From an uncultured delta proteobacterium (lineage in GTDB: Bacteria > Desulfobacterota > Binatia > Binatales > Binataceae), in assembly GCA_963808235.1 (NCBI GenBank), contig CAWEEQ010000004.1:3552001-3616000 (forward strand): DNA of 64,000 bases, in the 5' to 3' direction. The notes below the pieces were generated by a model. The model had not been told where the DNA came from, did not search any database, and saw only the letters and a list, made by a program, of their open reading frames with translations. Shown piece after piece: positions 1-8,550 of this stretch. Numbering within the stretch: position 1 is the stretch's first letter; every line of letters starts with the position of its first letter. Made by a program: the position numbers and the translations under genes.

Positions 1-924
1 GACGATTCGCGCAATCCGATCGATCTGGTGGACGATGACGCCCAGCTTCTCGCGCGACGATGCTGAAATCGTTTCGTCCTGCTGCAGGTCTTCCGCGCGC
101 ACTCGTATCACGCCCATCGGAGTGCCGATCTCGTGCGCGAGTCCCGAGGCCAGGGTGCCGATCGTGGCAAGGCGGTCCGCGCGCTGAAGGCCGCGCTCGA
201 GTTCCAATTCGCGCCTATGCCGATCCTCGAGATCGGCGCGCGCGCGATTGAGTTGCCGATCCAGCTTGCGGAACTCTTCGCTGAGCAGTTCCACTTCGCT
301 TGATGCGGCCCGGTCGGTGTCGCTCGATGAGAACTTGATCACTTTCGCCGACAAGTCCGCGAGCGGCCGCGAGACGTAGCGATCGACCGTCAGAGGTATG
401 ACCATAGCGACAACGGCCAGCAAGAGTATCGCAACCAGAAAGGACGCGACGGATTGCGCGCGGATATCGCTTGCTACTTTGGTCCAGTCCTGAACTTCGA
501 GCAGGTATCCGATTACTTCTCCGTCATGGCCCTTCAGTGGGACCAATTCGCAAAACCAGTTCTTTTCCTCGGCAGCCGGCTCGAACTCAGCGGAGCGATG
601 ATGCGCGAGCTGCAATCGGGCCGCATCGATCAGCTCAACCGGGAAGCCGGGCAAGGAGTACCAAAGCTGGCCGTCGTTTCGGAGCAGGGCGCTGCGAGTA
701 CCTTCGGCGTCCATCGCGCGGAAACTGTCGGCGATTTTGCTCCAGTCCTGAGCATTGACTTCTTCATCGACGGAAGTAGCCAGGCCGGAACTGGCAGCGC
801 GAGCCGATTGCTTCAACTCATTTATATAGATGTTGGAACGAGCGACGCTCCAATAGGTGTAAGCGGCCAGTATCGGCATCAGGCATAGCAGTAAGACCAA
901 TGTCAGCCGAGTGCCGATTCTCAA
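1..924 (-). CDS. Membrane sensor histidine kinase with HAMP and HisKA domains (NtrB/AtoS-like); C-terminus runs off the window edge
   Basis: Not in the ORF track because it has no stop in the window. Manual translation from TTG at 924 (GGAG upstream): MRIGTRLTLVLLLCLMPILAAYTYW (TM1) ... SFLVAILLLAVVAMVIPLTVDRYVSRPLADL (TM2+HAMP) ... RADRLATIGTLASGLAHEIGTPMGVI (H-box). Confidence 0.88.
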   Translation of the reverse strand, partial: MRIGTRLTLVLLLCLMPILAAYTYWSVARSNIYINELKQSARAASSGLATSVDEEVNAQDWSKIADSFRAMDAEGTRSALLRNDGQLWYSLPGFPVELIDAARLQLAHHRSAEFEPAAEEKNWFCELVPLKGHDGEVIGYLLEVQDWTKVASDIRAQSVASFLVAILLLAVVAMVIPLTVDRYVSRPLADLSAKVIKFSSSDTDRAASSEVELLSEEFRKLDRQLNRARADLEDRHRRELELERGLQRADRLATIGTLASGLAHEIGTPMGVIRVRAEDLQQDETISASSREKLGVIVHQIDRIARIV

Positions 925-1063
925 GAGTCAGTGCTCCATTCCGCTACGCACGCCGCTAAAGCCCTCGTCGCCTGAGCTATGGTCTGGCGAGAATCTGCAA
1001 GGATTCGTCGCAAGTTATATCCCATGACACGCGCTGCGCCTAAACCGCCACGGCGAGGAAGAA

Positions 1064-1104
1064 TTGGGAATAATGCCTCAGCGCGAGTTGGGAATTTTTC
1101 CGCA
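1064..1104 (+). promoter_or_regulatory. Tandem imperfect palindromes, putative enhancer (UAS) for a sigma54 activator
   Basis: TTGGGAATAATGCCTCA (1064-1080) and TTGGGAATTTTTCCGCA (1088-1104), 24-bp period, about 140-180 bp upstream of the -24/-12 element. Confidence 0.45.
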
Positions 1105-1244
1105 TGATTTCAAGTACCCCTCACAAAAATGGCGGCTGATCCAGCAAAGTGCCTACGGGACTCCATGACGGGAGCAAGAATTTGCCCATTAATACGAGGC
1201 TGTTCTTGTTTTGGGGAAAAGCTTGCCGTGCGAACGCGACTCGC

Positions 1245-1260
1245 GGGCACATCACTTGCT
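1245..1260 (+). promoter_or_regulatory. Putative sigma54 (-24/-12) promoter
   Basis: GGGCACATCACTTGCT fits TGGCAC-N5-TTGCW with exact GG-N10-GC spacing, upstream of the Crp-family gene. Confidence 0.6.
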
Positions 1261-1407
1261 GATGTTTGTTCCACGCGGCGGCCCATCCGCTTAGTTGGCC
1301 GTGAAGTGACTCGGGGATGGCGCCGGGCGAGCGGGGAGTGGACTGGGGCCGCCGCATTTTTCAAAAGCGCCAAGTATCAGTCGAATCGAACAAGGACGGA
1401 TAACAAG

Positions 1408-2286
1408 GTGGTACGCAGAGAGAAATCGCAGAGGGTCTTTGCGGAGTTGAAGGCGAATGACAACACGGTGCTCAACCGGGCAAACGTGTTCGAGGCCGGA
1501 CTTTTTTCGTGGGGAATTCCGCAGCAGATCGCAGCCGAGCTGACTAAGCATCATACCGAGCTCAACTACGAGTCCGGAAAGCTAATCTTCAGTCAAGGCT
1601 CCGCGGCCGATGTCGTGTTCTGGGTGGTCAAGGGCGTCGTGCGGGAAATCTGCCCGAATCCGAACGGCACGCAAACGCTGGTGCGGCTCGCAACTGCCGG
1701 CGACATTTTGGGTCTTGCCGATAAGCTCAACGAGAAGGGTCAATGGATTCGGCGTTTCGAGGCACGAACGGCAGGAGAGTGTTCGCTCGCACTCGTCACG
1801 CGCCAGCATATCCGCAACTTACTTCTGGCTATGAACCCCGCAGAATTACTGACGCTGTCGGAGCGAATGAATTCGGCGTGCTCGGAATGGATCCACTACT
1901 ACGCGACTTTCCTCGGACTCTCGTATCGGGAGCGGCTAGAACGGGTGATGGTGGAACTGGGGCGCAAGTTCGGCGTGCCCGACGGCGACGGTATCCTGCT
2001 CACATTTGAACCTACCTATTTCGATTTGTCGGAAATGATCGGTAGCTCTCAGCCTGTGGTCGGTCACGCGATTGCAGACCTGATCGAAGAAGAAGAGATC
2101 GGACGGCGCGAGCGGAAATACATCTTGTTACGTGGCGGAGCGATTGAAGCCGCGGTGAGCCATGGCTTGGAAATCGCGAACGCGAGTAAGCCGCGGGGCG
2201 TCCGGCCCGTGACCTCGAGGCCGGGCACTCCGGTGCGGCGCCAGCACAGGTGGAGAGACTCCAGCCAAATTCAAGTCAAGGACTGA
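1408..2286 (+). CDS. Crp/Fnr family transcriptional regulator
   Basis: cNMP-binding-like domain (LIFSQGSAADVVFWVVKGVVR...GDILG) and C-terminal HTH (TYFDLSEMIGSSQPVVGHAIADL). Start moved from 1129 to GTG 1408 (AAGGA upstream, downstream of the sigma54 site). Confidence 0.85.
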   Translation: MVRREKSQRVFAELKANDNTVLNRANVFEAGLFSWGIPQQIAAELTKHHTELNYESGKLIFSQGSAADVVFWVVKGVVREICPNPNGTQTLVRLATAGDILGLADKLNEKGQWIRRFEARTAGECSLALVTRQHIRNLLLAMNPAELLTLSERMNSACSEWIHYYATFLGLSYRERLERVMVELGRKFGVPDGDGILLTFEPTYFDLSEMIGSSQPVVGHAIADLIEEEEIGRRERKYILLRGGAIEAAVSHGLEIANASKPRGVRPVTSRPGTPVRRQHRWRDSSQIQVKD

Positions 2287-2297
2287 GCACTGTCCTA

Positions 2298-3890
2298 CTA
2301 ATGAGCCACAGCGCTGGCTGTGCGGGGATCGTTTTTCTTGAGTAACAGCACCAGCGGGATCATGAATAACGCGGCGGCGCCCATCACCCAGATCGCATCT
2401 ACATAGGCAAGCGCTGCGGCTTGCATCTGGACCATTCCGTACAGGTGGCCATAGGACTGTTGTAGGGCGCCCGCGGGATCATATCCGCGTTGCTGGAACA
2501 TCGCAGTCATTCCACTAAGCGCATCTCGCAAAGGATGGTCATATCCTGAGAAGTGAGCTATCAGCTGATGCTGATGCACTTGCGAGCGACGAGCTAACAG
2601 CGTTGTGACCGTCGCGATCCCGACGCTGCCGCCGAGGTTGCGGCCCAGGCTGACGATACTGGAGACCTGGTTGTTCTTGGCCTGTGCGATTCCGGCATAC
2701 GCTATCGTAGTAATCGGCACGAACAGGAATGCGAGACCGACTGACTGGTAGATGCGGTACATCATCGCGGTATGGTAGTCGATTTGCGGATTGATGCTTG
2801 CCATGTGAAACATCGCCCATGCCGATATCGCAAAACCAAACGCGGTGAGCCATCGGGCTTGCACCCTTGAGATCAGAAAACCAACCAGAGGCATCGCGCA
2901 GATCGTCGCAATCCCACCCGGCGACAGAACCATCCCGGCCGTTTCCGCCGAGTAACCGAGCAGTTGTTGCGTATAGAGAGGCAACAAGACCGTGGTTCCA
3001 TACAGGCCGAATCCAAGCACGAACATCATCAGCGCTGCGACTGCGAAGCTGCGCTGGGCAAAGAGGCGAACGTCCAGAATCGGATTGCGCTGGCGCAATT
3101 CCCACAAAACGAATGCGAGCAGCGAGAGAGCTGCGACGACGGAGAGAAGGAGTATCAGGTGCGAGCCGAACCAGTCGTCCTCCTGGCCCTTGTCGAGCAC
3201 AAATTGAAGACATCCCAGACCGACGACTACGAAGCCAAGGCCGGTGTAGTCGATACTCAGGCCGCGCGCCTTTTTGCGTTGTTCTTTTAGATAGGGCGGG
3301 TCTTCGATCATCCTATAGGACAAAATGAGCGAGATGATGCCGACCGGTATGTTGATGAAAAAGATCCAGCGCCAACTTACGTGGTCAACTATAAAGCCAC
3401 CAAGGGTAGGTCCTATTACCGGCGCAAGAACTACTGCCATCCCATAGACGGCGAATGCCATCCCGAACTGAGCGGGAGGAAAGGTGTCCGCCAGGATTGC
3501 CTGCTCGCTCGGCTGCAATCCACCGCCCCCGGCACCCTGCATCACGCGGAAAATAATCAGACTGGAAAGCGTCGGGGCTATACCGCACAAGAAAGAACTT
3601 AAGGTGAAGAGCGCGACGCAGCTCATGTAAAAATTCTTGCGGCCCAGGCGTCCTGAGAGCCAGGCACTTAGCGGAAGTACAATCGCGTTCGCGACCAGGT
3701 ATGAAGTGAGTACCCACGTGCTCTCATCGACGCTCGATGCGAGACCGCCCGCGATGTGCGGTAGTGCGACGTTGGCGATGCTCGTGTCGAGCACCTCCAT
3801 GAAGGTCGCGAGCGTGACAGTGAGAGCGATCGCCCACGGATTGCGGCGCGGTCCGGCCCACGCCGACGCACTCGGAACCGCGGCACTCAT
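2298..3890 (-). CDS. emrB: DHA2 family MFS efflux permease (EmrB-like)
   Basis: LATFMEVLDTSIANVALPHIAGGL, WVLTSYLVANAIVLPLSAWL, GQEDDWF motifs; about 14 hydrophobic segments. Confidence 0.93.
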   Translation of the reverse strand: MSAAVPSASAWAGPRRNPWAIALTVTLATFMEVLDTSIANVALPHIAGGLASSVDESTWVLTSYLVANAIVLPLSAWLSGRLGRKNFYMSCVALFTLSSFLCGIAPTLSSLIIFRVMQGAGGGGLQPSEQAILADTFPPAQFGMAFAVYGMAVVLAPVIGPTLGGFIVDHVSWRWIFFINIPVGIISLILSYRMIEDPPYLKEQRKKARGLSIDYTGLGFVVVGLGCLQFVLDKGQEDDWFGSHLILLLSVVAALSLLAFVLWELRQRNPILDVRLFAQRSFAVAALMMFVLGFGLYGTTVLLPLYTQQLLGYSAETAGMVLSPGGIATICAMPLVGFLISRVQARWLTAFGFAISAWAMFHMASINPQIDYHTAMMYRIYQSVGLAFLFVPITTIAYAGIAQAKNNQVSSIVSLGRNLGGSVGIATVTTLLARRSQVHQHQLIAHFSGYDHPLRDALSGMTAMFQQRGYDPAGALQQSYGHLYGMVQMQAAALAYVDAIWVMGAAALFMIPLVLLLKKNDPRTASAVAH

Positions 3891-5065
3891 CGCATCCAGA
3901 CAGAGGGCTCGGCGGACATCCCAGGCCGCAGGCGATGCTCGCTGTCCTGGCCGGCCAACAAGCGGATTCGGACCGGCAGGCGCTGCACGACTTTCACGTA
4001 GTTGCCGGTCGCGTTTTCCGGCGGGAGCAGGCTGTACTTCTCGCCGCTGGCGCCGGCGAGTCCTTCGACGTAGCCCTGGTAGTCTCCGCCGGTCGCATCG
4101 ACGTGGATTGTCACTCGCTGGCCGGCCCTTATCTTGCGCAGCTGCGTTTCCTTGAAGTTCGCGGTGATCCAGATATCGTCGAGCGAAACGATCGCGAGCA
4201 ACTGCTCTCCGGGTTGCACGCGTTGACCTACTTCGACCGTTTTCTTTCCAATCACTCCCCGGGTCGGAGCGACGATCTTCGTATATTCGAGACCCAGCAA
4301 CGCCTGATCGAGGGCTGCCTGTGCCGCTTTTACTCCCGCCTGGCGCAAGGCGATGGCAGTTTTCGCCGAGTTGGATGCTGCCTGCGCGGATTCGACCGTA
4401 GCGTCATCGACTTCGGCGGTGCTTATTTTCTCGTCGTAGTCGGACTGCGAGACAACGTGCTGCGCCGCGAGCGAGGTGTACCTGACCGCGTCTTTTTTCG
4501 CCTTCTTGTCGGCTGCCCGCGCCTCATCGACCCGGCTTGACGCGCTGTTGTAGTCGGCCCGCGCCGCGTTGAGCTGCGCGTCCGCCTGGGCAAGGTTCGC
4601 GCGCGCGGTATCGACGATAGCCTGTTCGTCGCGCGGGTCGATTTCGACCAGTAGTTTGCCGCCCTTTACGTACTCGGTGTCGCCAACGTAGACGCCCACA
4701 ATGGTGCCGTTGATGCGCGAACTTATCGGCGCGATATGGCCGTCGATCTGCGCATCGTCGGTCGACTCGTAGCTATCAAGATAGGTCAGCAGACGCGGCA
4801 CGCAAACGATCAAGGCAGCGGCGATCGCGAGCAGCGCGAGAAATCGGAGTGCGCGGCCGCGCGGACGTGGACGATTGCTGTCCGAGTCATGGCGGCACGG
4901 CAATCTGGTCGTGGTGCCGGCGTCATCGTTATCCGCTTCGCGATTCGGAGCGGGTTCGGCGGGCGCTTCATTTCGCAGAGCCGCGAGTTCGCCTTCGAGC
5001 AAATGCTCCTGCTCGCGCAGCGCGCGGATGCGAGTTTCGAGTTCCTCGGGCAAGACGGCGCTCAT
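3887..5065 (-). CDS. emrA: HlyD/EmrA family efflux periplasmic adaptor
   Basis: ESTDDAQIDGH, WITANFKETQL, SLLPPENATGNYVKVVQRLPVRI, LRPGMS motifs; ATGA overlaps with both neighbours. Confidence 0.92.
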   Translation of the reverse strand: MSAVLPEELETRIRALREQEHLLEGELAALRNEAPAEPAPNREADNDDAGTTTRLPCRHDSDSNRPRPRGRALRFLALLAIAAALIVCVPRLLTYLDSYESTDDAQIDGHIAPISSRINGTIVGVYVGDTEYVKGGKLLVEIDPRDEQAIVDTARANLAQADAQLNAARADYNSASSRVDEARAADKKAKKDAVRYTSLAAQHVVSQSDYDEKISTAEVDDATVESAQAASNSAKTAIALRQAGVKAAQAALDQALLGLEYTKIVAPTRGVIGKKTVEVGQRVQPGEQLLAIVSLDDIWITANFKETQLRKIRAGQRVTIHVDATGGDYQGYVEGLAGASGEKYSLLPPENATGNYVKVVQRLPVRIRLLAGQDSEHRLRPGMSAEPSVWMR

Positions 5066-5757
5066 GGCTGACCCATGATTCGATCCACATTTTCGCGCAG
5101 CACCGAGCGAATCAGTGTCAGGTGGTCGGCCGAGAATGTTTTCCAACCGAGCGTCCTGAGTGCGGCCGTGCGGCTCGTCCGGAAAATCAAAACTTGTCCG
5201 AGGATTGCCTGGGTTGCGATAAGCGTTCGCGGATCGTCGGGCGCTCGTTTCTGTATGGTTGCCATCAGCCTGGTTGCCGCGCCGGTGATCCGCACCATCA
5301 TTCCGTCGTAGAAAATTTCGAACGCGGCGCCCGGATGCATCTGCTCGCGCATAACGAAGCTCGCCCAGGTGTCGGCCGCGCGCGATCCGATCACCAGGGT
5401 TGTGAAACTGTCGAGCAGTTTGTGCAGGAGTTCGCAGGCGATCTTTCGCGAGACCGGACGCTGCGCGAAAGCGTGGTCGATTTGTTCGAGGACCGGAGAG
5501 AATTCGCTCATGCTGCTCTCGACCACGTAGTGGGCCGCCGCGCGATAGAGTCCTTCTTTTCCGCCGAAGTAGTAGGGAATCGCGGCCAGATTGGCGCCCG
5601 CCGCGTCGGCGAGCATCCGGGTGCTGGCGCCGTCGAAGCCGTGTTCGCCGAAGATGCGCAGCGCTGCATCGATCAGTTTCTGGCGGGTAGCTTCGCCGCG
5701 GTTAGGGAGTCGGGTTCGCGGCTCGAGTTTTACGAGTGCAGCATTTCTTGTCCACAT
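5062..5757 (-). CDS. TetR family regulator, CecR/YbiH-like with C-terminal DUF1956-type domain
   Basis: HTH GFDGASTRMLADAAGANLAAIPYYFGGKEGLY; REQMHPGAAF; first gene of the efflux operon. Confidence 0.88.
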   Translation of the reverse strand: MWTRNAALVKLEPRTRLPNRGEATRQKLIDAALRIFGEHGFDGASTRMLADAAGANLAAIPYYFGGKEGLYRAAAHYVVESSMSEFSPVLEQIDHAFAQRPVSRKIACELLHKLLDSFTTLVIGSRAADTWASFVMREQMHPGAAFEIFYDGMMVRITGAATRLMATIQKRAPDDPRTLIATQAILGQVLIFRTSRTAALRTLGWKTFSADHLTLIRSVLRENVDRIMGQP

Positions 5758-5765
5758 AAACAGGC

Positions 5766-5804
5766 AATGTAATTCAATCGGATGAACTAAGTCAATCGAA
5801 TGAA
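5766..5804 (-). promoter_or_regulatory. Sigma70 promoter overlapped by two TetR-type operator palindromes
   Basis: Minus strand TTGACT-18-TACATT, 8 nt before the ATG. Palindromes TTCAATCGGATGAA (5773-5786) and GTCAATCGAATGAA (5791-5804). Confidence 0.6.
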
Positions 5805-5912
5805 TTGTTTGAGAAACTGCACCGGTCGGCGACAGGGCGCGATTTAAGGCCGCTGCAATCCGTGCTACCGATCGCCTCATAAGTCGATGCCGATTGTTCG
5901 AAGGAGTGCCCC

Positions 5913-7622
5913 ATGAGCCAAATCACTGGTGCCGAGCTTCTATTGCGATGTCTGGTCGCCGAGGGCGTCAAGTTCATGTTCGGACTTCCATGCCCCGAGG
6001 TCGATCCAATTCTGGCGAAGCTGGACGAATACGGCGTGCGTTTTGTTCCCGTCCGGCACGAAGCCGCTGCCGTTCATATGGCGGAAGGATTGTACAAAAC
6101 CAGCGGCCAGGTCGCGGTGGTGCTGGGCAATCCCGGTCCCGGATCGGCCAACCTGTTGCCCGGCGTGATAACCGCGCGGCACGAAGGCGTTCCCGTCGTC
6201 GTTTTCACCGCGCAGCATCGCATGGCGAACGTCTATCCTTCGCCGCCGTCGACATTCCAGGGCCAGGACCAGCTCGAAGTTTTTAAAACGGTGTCGAAGT
6301 GGAGCGGGCCCATTCTGGCGTGGGAGCGAATCCCCGAAGTGACGCGGATGGCGTTTCGCGAGATGTGGAACGGACGGCCCGGACCGGTGCATCTCGAGGT
6401 GCCTGCGCCGGTGATGTATGCGACCGGCGACGACGCGAGCGTTCGGATGCTGGCGCCGGAAAATTATCGCGCGGCGGGTCCGTATGCGTCCGCGGCGCAG
6501 CTCGAGGCCGCCGCCAAGATGCTCGGCGCTGCAAAACGTCCTCTGATACTCGCCGGCTCGGGCGTCGATCGGGGCAACGCCAACGAGGCGATTGTGAAAA
6601 TTGTCGAGCTGCTCAATTGTCCGATGATCGGCACGATGGCCGGGCGATCGGCGCTGCCGATCGATCATGCGAACTTCCTTTACACGTACAGCCCCGCCGC
6701 GGACATGGCGCGGCGCGAGGCGGACGTAATTTTGGTCGCGGGTTCGAGGATCGGCAATCTCGACATTCCTTACGACAAGTACTGGGGCGATCCTTCGCAC
6801 ACCAAGCTGATTCAGATCGATATCGACCCGCGCAACATGGGCGTGACGCGGCCGCTCGCGCTCGGAATCGTTGCCGACGCAAAAGACGCGCTCGAAGGAC
6901 TTCATCGCGCGCTCTCGGCCGCGCGCGGGCCTTCGCGAAGCGGTGACGATCTCAAGCGATACCAGGAAGCGAGCCGCGCGTGGCGTGAAAAATGTTTCGC
7001 GAAGACGGTGGCGTGGCACGGTGCGGGAATTCATCCTGCGCATGCGATGCAAACGATCGGAAGAGTTTTCGGCGCGGATAGCATCTACGTCACTGACGGC
7101 GGCAATACGTCCTTGTGGTCGCACTGGTTCCTGCCTGCGACGCGGCCGCGCTCATATCTGAACATCCTCGAGTTGGGGATGCTCGGCACCGGGATTCCGT
7201 CGGCGATCGGCGCGAAACTCGGCAGTCCCGCGCGCGAAGTGATCTGCGTGACCGGCGACGGCGCGGCGGGATTCAACTTTATGGAGATCCAATCGGCGGC
7301 GCGCGAGAATCTGAAAGTAAGGACCGTCGTGTTCGCGGAAGGCTCGTGGTCGATGGAGGAGCCCAACGAGCAGCGGCTCTATGGAAAGACGTTCGGCACC
7401 GCGATGGGAACGATTCGATGGGACAAGGTGGCCGAGGGGTTGGGTTGCGCCTCGTTCTACGTGGAGCGGATGGAGGACTTGGAAGCGGCGCTCATCGGCG
7501 CGCGCGAGGCGAGTGGCCCCGCCGTCGTATGCATTCGCAGTAGTCGCGAGGCCAACCTTGCGATCCCGGGCGAGCTAGGCCTGCGCTTCGGCGAAGTCTA
7601 TCAAGGTCCGATGGGTCAGTAG
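5913..7622 (+). CDS. Thiamine diphosphate-dependent enzyme (acetolactate synthase-like superfamily)
   Basis: VRHEAAAVHMAEG catalytic Glu, GPGSAN, GRPGPVHLEVP, GMLGTGIPSAIGAKL, GDG motif; AAGGAG RBS. Confidence 0.92.
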   Translation: MSQITGAELLLRCLVAEGVKFMFGLPCPEVDPILAKLDEYGVRFVPVRHEAAAVHMAEGLYKTSGQVAVVLGNPGPGSANLLPGVITARHEGVPVVVFTAQHRMANVYPSPPSTFQGQDQLEVFKTVSKWSGPILAWERIPEVTRMAFREMWNGRPGPVHLEVPAPVMYATGDDASVRMLAPENYRAAGPYASAAQLEAAAKMLGAAKRPLILAGSGVDRGNANEAIVKIVELLNCPMIGTMAGRSALPIDHANFLYTYSPAADMARREADVILVAGSRIGNLDIPYDKYWGDPSHTKLIQIDIDPRNMGVTRPLALGIVADAKDALEGLHRALSAARGPSRSGDDLKRYQEASRAWREKCFAKTVAWHGAGIHPAHAMQTIGRVFGADSIYVTDGGNTSLWSHWFLPATRPRSYLNILELGMLGTGIPSAIGAKLGSPAREVICVTGDGAAGFNFMEIQSAARENLKVRTVVFAEGSWSMEEPNEQRLYGKTFGTAMGTIRWDKVAEGLGCASFYVERMEDLEAALIGAREASGPAVVCIRSSREANLAIPGELGLRFGEVYQGPMGQ

Positions 7623-7693
7623 CTCCGTCACGAGAAAAAACAAGGCAGAGTGCGTCAAAGTCACTCTGCCTTGTTCGTCAGACAAACCGATCG

Positions 7694-8365
7694 TTATGCA
7701 TGCGCATCCGCCAAGGCTGGCGCGCTAAGTTGCTTGAGCGCGTCCGCGAACTCGGCGAGGAAACGGGCGACGCTCGGACGCTCGCGCATCCGCGATACCC
7801 ACGCTACCAGGTTGGTGCATTCCGGCGGCGGCGCGGCCTGCATCATCGAGGTGAGATTGATCGGCGAGAAGCACGATATGTCGGCAACGCTGAAGTCGCC
7901 GCACAGGTACTCGCGCTTGCCGATCTCGCGATCAAGACGCTGGTATTGGCGCTTGAGCTCGGCCATCACCTGCGCTACTGCTTCGCGATCTCGCGTCGAC
8001 GGGTCGGGCTTCAGGAACACCTCACGCACCAGCACGCCGAGGTGGGGCGCCAGCAGGGTGTCGCCGAGATCCTCCAGGATGCGGCATCGCGCGCGCCCGG
8101 CGACGCCGGAGGGAAAGAGCGCAGGCTTTGGAAAGCGCTCGTCCAGGTACTCGAGGATGATCGTCGAGTCGTAGATCACCGTCTCGCCGTCGACCAGCAC
8201 CGGAATCTGCGCCTTGGGATTAAGCCGCGGCAGTTCCTCAGGCTTGATCCATCCGGTCGCGGGAGTCCAGTTGACAAGCCGGGTTTCGTGCGCGATCGCC
8301 TTCTCGGACAAGGCGATCCGCGGTTTTGCGCTGTAGACGCTCAAGGGAGAGTAATAGAGCTTCAT
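7694..8365 (-). CDS. Glutathione S-transferase family protein
   Basis: MKLYYSPLSVYS, LNPKAQIPVLVDG, IYDSTIILEYLDE, YLCGDFSVADI. Confidence 0.92.
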   Translation of the reverse strand: MKLYYSPLSVYSAKPRIALSEKAIAHETRLVNWTPATGWIKPEELPRLNPKAQIPVLVDGETVIYDSTIILEYLDERFPKPALFPSGVAGRARCRILEDLGDTLLAPHLGVLVREVFLKPDPSTRDREAVAQVMAELKRQYQRLDREIGKREYLCGDFSVADISCFSPINLTSMMQAAPPPECTNLVAWVSRMRERPSVARFLAEFADALKQLSAPALADAHA

Positions 8366-8455
8366 CGTTTGCCTCCGTTCAGTTTCCAAAAATGTGTGAG
8401 CGCATTTTCAGGGCTCGCTACTGATCATGAGGATCATGTGCTCGCCGGCAGAGCG

Positions 8456-8502
8456 AGTGGACCATCTATAGTTCCACTTTAGGAAATAATTCAGGATCCA
8501 CT
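8456..8502. promoter_or_regulatory. Putative MocR-type operator (inverted plus direct repeats)
   Basis: AGTGGACC (8456), GTTCCACT (8471) and GGATCCACT (8494) between the divergent GST and MocR genes. Confidence 0.45.
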
Positions 8503-8550
8503 TTTCAGGTCGAGATTCGCGTAGTACGGTCGCTTAAGAGAGGTGCGCGG

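Noticed and set aside
454-888. 144-aa plus-strand ORF
   Set aside because: Antisense shadow of the minus-strand histidine kinase at 1-924.
985-999. Second sigma54-like element TGGCGAGAATCTGCA
   Set aside because: Spacing is GG-N9-GC, not the required N10.
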